A stretch of 64,000 nt of DNA, taken from positions 1,644 to 65,643 of the forward strand of contig CAMFJS010000017.1 of the NCBI GenBank assembly GCA_945956965.1, in the 5' to 3' direction. Each line of letters opens with the position of its first letter. The first letter of the stretch is position 1. The notes under the pieces are model-generated. The model had not been told where the DNA came from, made no database searches, and saw nothing but the letters and a program-made list of their open reading frames with translations. Positions 49,235 through 57,996 of this stretch are shown piece by piece. Position numbers and translations under genes: made by a program. Origin of the DNA: an uncultured Roseateles sp. (lineage in GTDB: Bacteria; Pseudomonadota; Gammaproteobacteria; Burkholderiales; Burkholderiaceae_C).

Positions 49235-50800
49235 CTAGGGGCGGGCGCTTGGATCCAAGCGGAATACGCTGACCAGACGCACCAGCGCATGGGCCTGCGC
49301 GGCCAGCGATTCGGCAGCCGAAGCGGCTTCTTCCACCAGCGCGGCATTGCCTTGCGTCACCTGATCCATCTGCCCCATGGCCTGGTTGATCTGGGCAATG
49401 CCGCTGGTCTGCTCCTCACTGGCCTGCGTCACTTCGCGCATCAGATCGGCCACCCGGCGCACGCTGACCACAATCTCGTCCATGGTGCTGCCAGCCTGTT
49501 CGACCAGGCGACAGCCTTCATTGACATTGCCCACCGAGTCGGCGATCAAGCCCTTGATTTCACGGGCTGCGGTTGCCGAGCGCCCGGCCAGGCTGCGCAC
49601 CTCGCTGGCCACCACGGCAAAGCCGCGCCCCTGCTCGCCGGCACGGGCCGCCTCGACCGCTGCGTTGAGCGCCAAGATATTGGTTTGAAAAGCAATGCCA
49701 TCGATCACGCCGATGATGTCGCCGATGCGGCGCGAGGAGCCGGCAATCGCCTCCATGGTGTCCACCACCCGGCCGACCACAGCGCCGCCCTTGGCGGCCA
49801 CGGCGGCGGCCGTTGAGGCCAGTTCGTTGGCATGACGGCCAGACTCAAAATTCTCTTTGACCGTGCCAGCGAGCTCCTGCAGCGAAGCCGCCGTCTGCTG
49901 CAATGCCGCCGCCTGCTCCTCGGTGCGCTGCGAAAGGTCGAGATTGCCGGCGGCGATTTCGCCGGTGGCCGTTGAGATGGCCTCGCTACCTTGGTGGACC
50001 TGGCCGACCATGCGCGTCAGGCTCGCGTTCATCAGTGACAAGGCTTGCAAAAGCTGCCCCGTCTCGTTATTCCCGCCGAGCTCGATATGACGGCTTAGAT
50101 CGCCTGCCGCCACTGATTGAGCGAGTGAGACTGCATGGCGCATCGGCAAGGCAATGGCGCGGTACACCACCATGGCCACCACGACCGCGAACACTGCACC
50201 AACAAGACCAAGCAGGGCCAGAACTTTGACGGTAAAGCTGATGCTTGCCGCCATCTCATTGCCTTTGTCGGTGACGATCTGGCGCTGCAGGTCGGCCAAG
50301 GCATTGATGGGCTGCTGCAAGTCATCGATGGCGGGCAGGGTTTCTTGATTCATCACGTTGACCGCCTCGTCGCGCCGCCCCTCGGCCACCAAGCTGGCCA
50401 CGCGAGTGAAGGCCTTCACAAATCGGCCCCGTCTCTCGACGATGGTGGCCAGGAGCGCCTTGCCGTCAGGGCGCTGCACCAGCTCATTCAATTGCGACAG
50501 GGCTTGGTCAATCTTCTTCTTGTTGGCAGCAATGTCCGCATTGATCCGATCCCGCTGTCCCGCATCGGTAGCGATCAAAAGCTCCATCGTTCGCCGCGCA
50601 TTGGCACGGGTAGTTGCGTTGACGATGTTGGCGGCTTCAGCCTTGACCCAGTCTTGCTGAATCATGGTCCGGCTGACTTCGCCGAGAGCTTGCATCCGCG
50701 TCGAGGCCAATCCAATCGAGGCCACTAACAAGAGAATCAGGGTTCCGAAACCGGCACCGAGCAATACGCGCAGCGGCAAGTGGGCGGTCTTCATCAGCAT
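49235..50800 (-). CDS. methyl-accepting chemotaxis protein (4-helix-bundle periplasmic sensor, HAMP)
   Basis: 521 aa. Two TM segments flank a ~170-aa helical domain, followed by HAMP and a conserved signalling hairpin (...[21 protein letters not shown]...). GGAGG spacing favours the third codon, ATG 50794, as the real start. Confidence 0.92.
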   Translation of the reverse strand: MLMKTAHLPLRVLLGAGFGTLILLLVASIGLASTRMQALGEVSRTMIQQDWVKAEAANIVNATTRANARRTMELLIATDAGQRDRINADIAANKKKIDQALSQLNELVQRPDGKALLATIVERRGRFVKAFTRVASLVAEGRRDEAVNVMNQETLPAIDDLQQPINALADLQRQIVTDKGNEMAASISFTVKVLALLGLVGAVFAVVVAMVVYRAIALPMRHAVSLAQSVAAGDLSRHIELGGNNETGQLLQALSLMNASLTRMVGQVHQGSEAISTATGEIAAGNLDLSQRTEEQAAALQQTAASLQELAGTVKENFESGRHANELASTAAAVAAKGGAVVGRVVDTMEAIAGSSRRIGDIIGVIDGIAFQTNILALNAAVEAARAGEQGRGFAVVASEVRSLAGRSATAAREIKGLIADSVGNVNEGCRLVEQAGSTMDEIVVSVRRVADLMREVTQASEEQTSGIAQINQAMGQMDQVTQGNAALVEEAASAAESLAAQAHALVRLVSVFRLDPSARP

Positions 50801-50930
50801 CCCTCCGGGCTTGGGCCAAAAGCTAGGTGCGCTGCTCGCATGACATCTCTGAGAACGCCCGTGCGAAAGCGTGAGTTTTTGGATACTGCCCGTAGGCCGC
50901 GGCGATGGTCAATGTCATTAATACGGTTTC

Positions 50931-50944
50931 TTGAACTGCATCAA
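50931..50944. promoter_or_regulatory. CRP/FNR-type box upstream of the MCP-hemerythrin genes
   Basis: TTGAACTGCATCAA. The 16-mer CTTGAACTGCATCAAG is the exact reverse complement of the nirE/nirC box 16-mer. Centre is 137.5 bp upstream of ATG 50800. Confidence 0.55.
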
Positions 50945-51000
50945 GAACATAGCTTGGCGCCGAGACCTCCTGCCCAGCGAGACATGAAATCTCGCCGCGT

Positions 51001-51672
51001 TCAAGCGACCATGCCGCGTTCACTACCCCAAACTGCTGCCTGCACTCGGGAGCTGACCCCCAGCTTGCGCAAGATGTGTTGAACGTGGATCTTGACCGTG
51101 GGCTCGGCGATGCTCAGTTGCCGTGCAATTTCCTTGTTACTTGAGCCCCGGGTGAGTTCGCGCAGGATCTCCAACTCGCGGGGCGACAAAGGCAAGGGCT
51201 CGACCCGCTCAGGGTCTGCGCATGCTGCGGGCGCAACTGCTGTGGCGCTGCTGCGGAAGGCATTGAGCAGCTTGTGCGACATCTCGGGGCTGACCACCGA
51301 TTCACCGCGCATGGTCCGTATCAGGGCCGCAGCCAAGTCCTCGCCGTCCACCGTTTTCAGCAGATAACCTTGGGCACCGTTGCGTAGTGCTTCGCTGAGG
51401 TCTTGCTCATCTTCGCTAACGGTCAACATCAACACCCGGGCGCCGGGCACCTTGCGACGCAACTCGGGCAGCAGGACAACGCCGCGCATGCCGGGCATGT
51501 GGTTGTCCAGCAAGATCAAATCGGGCTGCAAAGTCAGGGCCGCGCTCAAGGCCTCACTGGCGTCGGCCGCTTCACCCAGTACCACCACGCCGTCTTCCTG
51601 CTTGAGCAAAGCGATCAGGCCACGGCGAAACAGGGTGTGGTCATCGACGACCAGGACGGAAGTGGGCTTCAT
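51001..51672 (-). CDS. narL: nitrate/nitrite response regulator NarL
   Basis: Receiver domain (VLVVDDH...LLDNHMPG). C-terminal LuxR-type HTH (LSPRELEILRELTRGSSNKEIA). ATGA overlap with narX. Confidence 0.9.
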   Translation of the reverse strand: MKPTSVLVVDDHTLFRRGLIALLKQEDGVVVLGEAADASEALSAALTLQPDLILLDNHMPGMRGVVLLPELRRKVPGARVLMLTVSEDEQDLSEALRNGAQGYLLKTVDGEDLAAALIRTMRGESVVSPEMSHKLLNAFRSSATAVAPAACADPERVEPLPLSPRELEILRELTRGSSNKEIARQLSIAEPTVKIHVQHILRKLGVSSRVQAAVWGSERGMVA

Positions 51673-53624
51673 GTCAGGGTAGGGGACTGTTGGTTTTGGT
51701 GGGTCGAGGCATCCAAGGACAGCTCAGCTTTGCTGCTGGTGAATGCGCTTTGCATGGGCAGTTGCAGGCGCACACGGGTGCCGCCTTCGGCTGGGCTGTC
51801 AATGCTGAGCTGAGCACCTATGCGTTGGGCGCGCTCGCGCATGATCTGTAGTCCCACATGGATATGACTATCGTCAGGAGGCAGGCGCTGGAATCCACTG
51901 CCGTTGTCTTGCACCTCAAAGGTCCAGCGCGGCAGCTGCTCAACCCGCAGCGAGACATGATCGGCCTGGGCATGCTTGAGCACATTGGACAAGGCTTCCT
52001 GGATGATGTGCAGAACTTGAATTTGGGCATCGGGGGGTAGGGGGAGGCCGTCGCCTTGCAGGCTCAGATGGGTGCTGAGCCCGCTTTGGCGCTCGAACTT
52101 GCTCAGGGTGTTGCGCAGGGCATGTTCAATGTCTTCGTGGCCGGGCCGGGTGCGGAAGTGCACCAGCAGCTCCCGCACATTGGCGTAACACTCCTTCACC
52201 CCGGCATCGATTTCGTCCACCGTGAGTTCGATTTGCTCGGGCCGGTTCTTGCTCATGGCACTTCGTAGCAGTTGCACTTGGATCTTCAAAAACGCCAAGA
52301 CCTGGGCGATGGAGTCGTGCAATTCCTGAGCCAGCAGATTGCGCTCCTCCGATACCGCCATTTCGCGGTCGCGCGAAACCAAGCGAAGGTTGTCGACCTG
52401 CACCCCGAACTGGCCGACCAGGGCATCCAACAACACGCCTTCCGATTCACTCAGGCGGCGTTCGCTGCTGAAAAACAATTCCACCTCACCCACCAGGCGA
52501 GCGCCGGCCCGCATCGGAATGGACATCACGCTTTGAAAGCCCGCAGCTTCGCAATGCCCCAGCTTGGGGGTCGGCAAGGCCTGAATGGCAATCACCTTGG
52601 GGCCAGTGGGGGGCTGCGGCGAGGCTTGCAGCGTGGCGCCACAAGCACATTCGCCTTTGCGAAGACAGCGCTCCGCATCAATCATGGTTTGCGGCAAAGA
52701 GGCTTGGCCGAGTAGCAACAGGCGCTCGCCATCTTCAGCCGCCAAGCGCACCGCGCAGGCATCTGCACGTGCAATGCGAGCGAGTTTTTCAGCGAATGAG
52801 TGCGCCAGGGTCTCAAGGGTCTGATCGGTGAGGCCTGACATCTGGGCCACGTCATACAAGGCTTCCAGGCGTTCGTTCTGCTGGGCCAAGTGTGCAGTCT
52901 TTTCTTTGACTTTGCCTTCCAGCCCTGCATAGGCCTGCTGCAAAGCAATAGCCATGTGGTTGAAGCCCTTGGCCAAGCTAGTGAACTCTTCAACCGGCGA
53001 TTGCTCGTCCACACGCGCCGCCAAATTGCCTGCGCCCATCTGCTGTAAGCCATCGCGAAGCCGCTGCAGAGGCTGGATGATCCAGACAAAAGCCCCTGAG
53101 ACAAAAGCCACCGAGGCCGCCACGACCAGCACCACAAGGCCGAAGCAAAGCGCGCCCAATATGGCGGTGCGCGCCGCAATGGTGTGCTCAATCGCCCCCA
53201 CCAGTTCGTCCACCTTCGCAACAAAGGCATCGGCTTGTTGGCGCAGTTCTCCCGCATCAGTTGGGCCCAAAAGACTGGCGCGGAAGATAGGCCATTGGTT
53301 TTCAACCAAGGCCAGGCGATCACTGCAGTCGGCAGTGTCTGGCACGAACAAAGGCCTTTGCGCATCACCCTTACGCAGGCCGCCCACCATCGCATCAAAG
53401 TTGCGCACGTCCTCTTGCAACTGTGTCTCTCGCTCCTCCGTATGCGACAGCGTCATCCGGTAGCTGAGCATGCGCATGCGACCAGCCTCATTGATGGCGC
53501 CGGCACCACCTTCTAACTGCCAAGACACCCATAAGGTAAAAGCGATCGAGGCGAGTGCCACCAGCAGAAAGCTGGTTTGAATAAGGGCCAGTTTTCCGAC
53601 TAGGCTGCGAACTCGAGTAAACAT
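51669..53624 (-). CDS. narX: nitrate/nitrite sensor histidine kinase NarX
   Basis: 651 aa. Two TM segments flank a periplasmic domain with the P-box GAINEAGRMRMLSYRM. HAMP, a central GAF-like region, an H-box ELHDSIAQ and an ATPase domain. Confidence 0.9.
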   Translation of the reverse strand: MFTRVRSLVGKLALIQTSFLLVALASIAFTLWVSWQLEGGAGAINEAGRMRMLSYRMTLSHTEERETQLQEDVRNFDAMVGGLRKGDAQRPLFVPDTADCSDRLALVENQWPIFRASLLGPTDAGELRQQADAFVAKVDELVGAIEHTIAARTAILGALCFGLVVLVVAASVAFVSGAFVWIIQPLQRLRDGLQQMGAGNLAARVDEQSPVEEFTSLAKGFNHMAIALQQAYAGLEGKVKEKTAHLAQQNERLEALYDVAQMSGLTDQTLETLAHSFAEKLARIARADACAVRLAAEDGERLLLLGQASLPQTMIDAERCLRKGECACGATLQASPQPPTGPKVIAIQALPTPKLGHCEAAGFQSVMSIPMRAGARLVGEVELFFSSERRLSESEGVLLDALVGQFGVQVDNLRLVSRDREMAVSEERNLLAQELHDSIAQVLAFLKIQVQLLRSAMSKNRPEQIELTVDEIDAGVKECYANVRELLVHFRTRPGHEDIEHALRNTLSKFERQSGLSTHLSLQGDGLPLPPDAQIQVLHIIQEALSNVLKHAQADHVSLRVEQLPRWTFEVQDNGSGFQRLPPDDSHIHVGLQIMRERAQRIGAQLSIDSPAEGGTRVRLQLPMQSAFTSSKAELSLDASTHQNQQSPTLT

Positions 53625-53658
53625 TCAGCGACCATATGTGCCGGCGATGGCTATGGTC

Positions 53659-53672
53659 TTGACCTGAGTCAA
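53659..53672. promoter_or_regulatory. CRP/FNR-type box upstream of narX
   Basis: TTGACCTGAGTCAA is a perfect palindrome with flanks C...GG. Centre is exactly 41.5 bp upstream of narX ATG 53624. TATGGT lies at -12..-7 relative to that ATG, and there is no SD. Confidence 0.65.
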
Positions 53673-54067
53673 GGTTGCGCTAGTGGACTTCAACCATTTC
53701 AATCGTCAACTAGCGGGGCGTAATCCCAGCGCGGCGCGATATCTTTGCTTCGGCAAATGCTTGGGGAGCATGGGGCCCGCTTAGTGCCCGGAGCGGCCGT
53801 TAATCTGAATGCAACTGACAAGTTGGATTTGACACGACCCAGCAGCCCAAACGATCAGGAGTAGAGCGTTCTATTGGCCTCCAGAACGGCCAATTCCCGC
53901 CGGTCGCCTTGAGAAGTTGCGCTATTGGGCGCTTAGACAGGCCGCGAACAAGAGGCTGACCTTCCAGCGCCGCGAGGCGATGTGGCTTAAAAATGCAAGA
54001 TGGGAGGCCTGCCCCTCAGGCCGGGCCTAGCGCTGGAAGGTTTGAGCCACAGGCCTTGCGTCCGAAG

Positions 54068-54484
54068 TCACGGGCTCGACGCAGCCTTTTGTGGCAAGTC
54101 CGGCTGCCTGGTGGCCTGAACGGCATTGCCTTGCTCTCGTTGAATTGACTTGAATACTGATAGGTTCTTTGAGTGGGTAGCCGCTGCGTTTCCATCGCTA
54201 TCCAGGTAGTAGGTGATGGTGTTTCCCCCGGCACGAGAAGAGCGGACAAGCGTGTCGTTTGCTTCAAAAACCTGCTTAACCCAGACGCCCGAAGCATATG
54301 ACGACATGTACTCCAAACTCCCGTCTTGAGCGCGCCGCCAACTCTCTGTTTCAGAGACATGCCTGTTGCTGAAGCTCCATGGGGAGCCGGCAATTAGCGC
54401 AGCCGAAAGCTTGAGCCTTGTGTTTTCATCAGCCACAGCAAGCTGTGAGAACAACAAGAGGATGAGCAAACAGATGGATCTCAT
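54068..54484 (-). CDS. small secreted hypothetical protein
   Basis: 138 aa from ATG 54484 with AGGAG 8 nt upstream. Signal peptide MRSICLLILLLFSQLAVA. Lower GC than the denitrification genes. No family recognised. Confidence 0.6.
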   Translation of the reverse strand: MRSICLLILLLFSQLAVADENTRLKLSAALIAGSPWSFSNRHVSETESWRRAQDGSLEYMSSYASGVWVKQVFEANDTLVRSSRAGGNTITYYLDSDGNAAATHSKNLSVFKSIQREQGNAVQATRQPDLPQKAASSP

Positions 54485-55124
54485 GCATTGAACTCCTGTC
54501 AATGAGGACAGAGGCCCCAGTCCATGATTGAGTTAGCTGGTATCGCTGCGCTGAAAAAAATCTAAGTTGTCCTGAGTTGCAGTCAAGCGTGCCATTGCCT
54601 GTGGGCGCAGTCCCACTAAGCGTTGTTGAAATTGGGGCCGCAGCGCACGTCGTGAGTAGCGCTGCAACGTCCATAGCCAAAGGACGGCAGCACTAATGTA
54701 CCCGCCTGTGCACCCAAACAGGGCGCGAACTCAACCGCCCTGGATGCCGACACCTTTGTTAAACGCCGTTTGCCTCGGGGTGGATTTTAGAGTGAAAAAT
54801 TACCTTTTCCCCGCCATCCGAAACTCACAATGAAGAAGGCTAGCGCAACTCTCCGCGCGAGTTAATTTTACCAAAATCATCGATTGCACACATTCAGCCA
54901 GTCCCGCCAGAATTGAGGAATTTATTTTCTAAAACTGCCGACGGAACAGCGGAGTAGCCAAAATAATAATAAGGGCTACACCAGCAAATTCGACACCCAA
55001 CTCAGCCACCAACTTTATATGAAAAGACAAGTCATTAATGAGTCTTGGTGCATGCAGGACAAAAATATAGAGCGCCAAACAAGCGACAGGAATTTCAATT
55101 AAACAAACGACGAGGTTGCCCTAA

Positions 55125-55781
55125 ATGAACATTCCGGAAAGAACGCTTCTTTTACTTGCCGTGATCGCCGCTTGCGCCAATAGTGCGAGCGCGTCAACAT
55201 ACGATGGCAATAACTTTTCGACTTGGATTAAGGTTTCCGGTGGCACTGGCTCCGCTAGTTTCACGCCCTTAGTCGACGGCTCGAGTAAAATAACAACCAA
55301 CACTGGATCAAGTGATTTTGCATATGCGGGAGGTTACTCCCTGCAGAGAGCATTTATCAATGGAGGTTCTTTTCAAGTTAAATTGAGCGATCTTGCCGGC
55401 CTCGGAAGCTTCGGTGACGGCCAAGCAATCGGGTTTCTCATTGAGCAAAATGGAATTCTATATGGGCAACATCTCAAAAATACTGGGGTAAATTCGACTT
55501 TTACGAGTCAACTGTACGATGGAACTTTCCTGGCGAATAATTTTCAGAATTTTTCCGGGGCGGGTCCAGTCAACCCGGAATTCGATGGTATTACCGAGAC
55601 ACGTCTAGGGTTTTATGCTGCCAACTCAGGTAGCGGAACACTTACCCAATACTATAAGGACTTTAGTGTTTCTGGCGCCGGCCTCAATTTGGTGTCAAGT
55701 ATTCCAGAGCCCTCTACGGTCATCATCTTATCTTTTGGCCTGACATTACTCGGGCTGACCCGGTATTTTACAAGGCGATAA
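55125..55781 (+). CDS. PEP-CTERM sorting-domain secreted protein
   Basis: 218 aa. Signal peptide LLLLAVIAACANSASA. Gly/Ser/Asn-rich beta-type body. C-terminal IPEPSTVIILSFGLTLLGLTRYFTRR, i.e. PEP motif, TM and basic tail. Confidence 0.8.
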   Translation: MNIPERTLLLLAVIAACANSASASTYDGNNFSTWIKVSGGTGSASFTPLVDGSSKITTNTGSSDFAYAGGYSLQRAFINGGSFQVKLSDLAGLGSFGDGQAIGFLIEQNGILYGQHLKNTGVNSTFTSQLYDGTFLANNFQNFSGAGPVNPEFDGITETRLGFYAANSGSGTLTQYYKDFSVSGAGLNLVSSIPEPSTVIILSFGLTLLGLTRYFTRR

Positions 55782-56144
55782 GCCCACCTGTAAATGGAGT
55801 GCAATACCGGGCCTTGAAGGTTAGGTCTTGAGTCTAAAGGCCGCGTCTATTACTGCGAGGGGTCATTCCTAGCCAGCGAACTTCTGTCCCGGGTACATTG
55901 CTTACATCTAGCCTGATGGAGTCAGGGGTAGCAGTTGGTCGCACCAAAGCCAATTAACCGAATATAAAGCGATCCCAGAGCGTTATATCGCCAATCGGTT
56001 TCACACGGCATATAGAGTGATTGAGGCAACGGAGGTCGGCCAACAGTGAAAAAACAGCAGGAGTCAAGATTCGGTCCGCTCCCTCCAAGACGTAGCCCTA
56101 AAGTCTTGAATACTCACACTTAGATCCACCTTCAAAGGTCCGCC

Positions 56145-56525
56145 ATGTCCAAGTGCCTGCTCACAATGTTGTTGTTCCTGCTCTCCGGCTATTCGGCCAC
56201 AGCTCAGGAGGTACTGCCAAAACACATGGAGGGCTGGTGGAGTAACAGTGGCAGCGGTCACTCCAACAGAGTGGAAGTCCAATTGATCCGGATGGATTCT
56301 CCCGGACAGGCGATGCTGAAAGTTGTATGGTGGCCTTATTGCCAATTGGCCGAGACAAATGCTGAGTTTATTGACGGGGCCTGGGCTTTTAGTCCGAAAA
56401 ACTGTTCAAACCGTTCCGGACCTATGACCATAATTGCACGCCTGAAACCCGTGGAGGGCAAAAAGCGAATGGAAGGGACCTACAACGACGATGATCGTAA
56501 AAAAATCTACCTGACTTGGGAATAG
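56145..56525 (+). CDS. small secreted hypothetical protein
   Basis: 126 aa. Signal peptide MSKCLLTMLLFLLSGYSATA. Two Cys pairs. Low GC. No family recognised. Confidence 0.55.
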   Translation: MSKCLLTMLLFLLSGYSATAQEVLPKHMEGWWSNSGSGHSNRVEVQLIRMDSPGQAMLKVVWWPYCQLAETNAEFIDGAWAFSPKNCSNRSGPMTIIARLKPVEGKKRMEGTYNDDDRKKIYLTWE

Positions 56526-56681
56526 TGCTCATGAGCAGCCAAGGATGGGGAGCCCGAACATCTTCGATGTGTAGTTCCATGGAACTCACTGGCTTCCTAA
56601 AATGCGCAAAACCCCGGGTCACAGAAATTGACCTGCTCCCCGCCTGCCGTACCAAGCAAAAGTAGTAGGGGTCCGCTTTTC

Positions 56682-56810
56682 ATGAGGAAGAGCAAATTCA
56701 CTGAGGAACAAAACATTGGGTTCCTCAAGCAGGCTGAGGCTGGCATGGCCGCTTTGGGGTCTCAAACAGTTTGTGCAGGTCGGAAACGAATGTCGGTGAT
56801 GGGCACTAAA
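56682..56810 (+). pseudogene. degenerate remnant of an IS3-family transposase OrfA (N-terminal HTH part only)
   Basis: MRKSKFTEEQNIGFLKQAEAGM matches the very conserved start of IS3-family OrfA proteins (MxKxRFTEEQI...LKxxEAG). Similarity decays after ~25 residues. No OrfB and no inverted repeats were recognised. Confidence 0.45.
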
Positions 56811-57492
56811 CTGCAAAGCCATCGAGAAGTGCGAACTGCCGCAATTGGCCTAGTGCTGAAGTTCGACGGACTACGGTTATGGGGACAGAGAGCAGCCTGT
56901 TACCTCTCAGTCGTGCGGCTTCGGACGCAGACCTCCATATGCTGGGCGACGAACCGGTCGCGGTTTCCTCCGCGTAGAGTGGGTTCGCCCAACGTAAAAC
57001 ATTGTTACGCTACCGAGATTACAGCGATGGCCCACGTACGGCTATCGCGACCAAGGGAGGCTTTCTACGTTTGCCTCCAGATTCCCCATTCCCTGGACTT
57101 TGCTGTTCCCGTGGCAATTGCCTTCTTGGCGTGGCATACGACCTTGAGGCTGTCTAGCTCACCCATGACCCACGCTATCGGGCACGGCCGACTGCATTCC
57201 ATGCATGCGGAATTCGGCCCTGATGCCTATCGCGGCCGCCAGATGGCAGGTCTGTCTGCCGGCCAACTCGGGGGCACCATGGCGCCGGATTGGTTGACCC
57301 AGGAAGTCGACGCCCTGGAGGCGGCCATAGGAGTGACAGGGGCCGGACATCCGCCGCGCTTTCTTGCGAGCCAAGGCTGAAAGGGATCGGAGAAGGCGGC
57401 TGGAACTTGCCCTGGAGGCAATGAACGCCGCAGCATCCTTGGGTGGGCCTACTTTGGGTTCATCGCGATCGACTCAATTAACTCGCGCAATA

Positions 57493-57631
57493 GGTCAATT
57501 TTTGGCGCACGATAAGAAATTTGTCATTTAACAGGTCATTTGTAGCCGCCTATGTAAATTGATTGCCTGTTACTCATAACCGGCTTAAAATGACCCGTCG
57601 TTACAGATAATTCCGGTTAAACGGTCACTTT
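57493..57631. promoter_or_regulatory. five copies of a (G/T)GTCAnTTT motif upstream of hipB (candidate HipB operators)
   Basis: GGTCAATTT 57493, TGTCATTTA 57522, GGTCATTTG 57534, inverted AAATGACCC 57588 and GGTCACTTT 57623. All lie in an AT-rich 150-bp leader that ends 10 nt before hipB ATG 57641. Confidence 0.4.
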
Positions 57632-57640
57632 AGACTGCTT

Positions 57641-57988
57641 ATGAGTCATGTTGTTTCCAATACTCTCGCATCGATGTCCGTCGCTGACTCCGAGGTCCGG
57701 CTTGGTGAAGACCTGAGGGCGCTACGCCTGAGCAAGAACCTTGGGCAACGGACCGTCGCTGAGCAGGCCGGCGTCAGCGAGAAGGCCGTGCGCCGACTCG
57801 AAGCCGGCCAGGGCTCGACCTTGTCCACATTGGTTGCTGTCCTGAGCGTCCTGGGTAGAGAAGCTTGGCTTCAAACCATCGCACCGGTGGCGTCCATCAA
57901 CCCATTGAGCATGCCTACTCGCGGCTCGACCCGTGAGCGTGCGACACGGCGGCCTACTCTTCGCCGCAGTGCGGGCAACAAAGCCTGA
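57641..57988 (+). CDS. hipB: HipB-like XRE-family antitoxin
   Basis: 115 aa. Cro/C1-type HTH (LRALRLSKNLGQRTVAEQAGVSEKAVRRLEAGQGS). Lies 8 nt upstream of hipA. Confidence 0.8.
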   Translation: MSHVVSNTLASMSVADSEVRLGEDLRALRLSKNLGQRTVAEQAGVSEKAVRRLEAGQGSTLSTLVAVLSVLGREAWLQTIAPVASINPLSMPTRGSTRERATRRPTLRRSAGNKA

Positions 57989-57996
57989 GCAAACCA

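Noticed and set aside
54911-55100. Minus-strand hydrophobic reading frame (…IEIPVACLALYIFVLHAPRLINDLSFHIKLVAELGVEFAGVALIIILATPLFRRQF*).
   Set aside because: It looks like a membrane-protein C-terminus, but it has no ATG or GTG start (only a TTG) and no RBS, and it is under 60 codons. It may be a gene fragment and cannot be supported as a CDS.
56628-57380. 250-aa plus-strand ORF in the low-GC islet.
   Set aside because: Only about 25 residues after internal Met19 resemble an IS3 OrfA start. The remainder has no coding signature or motifs. It is reported only as a transposase remnant.
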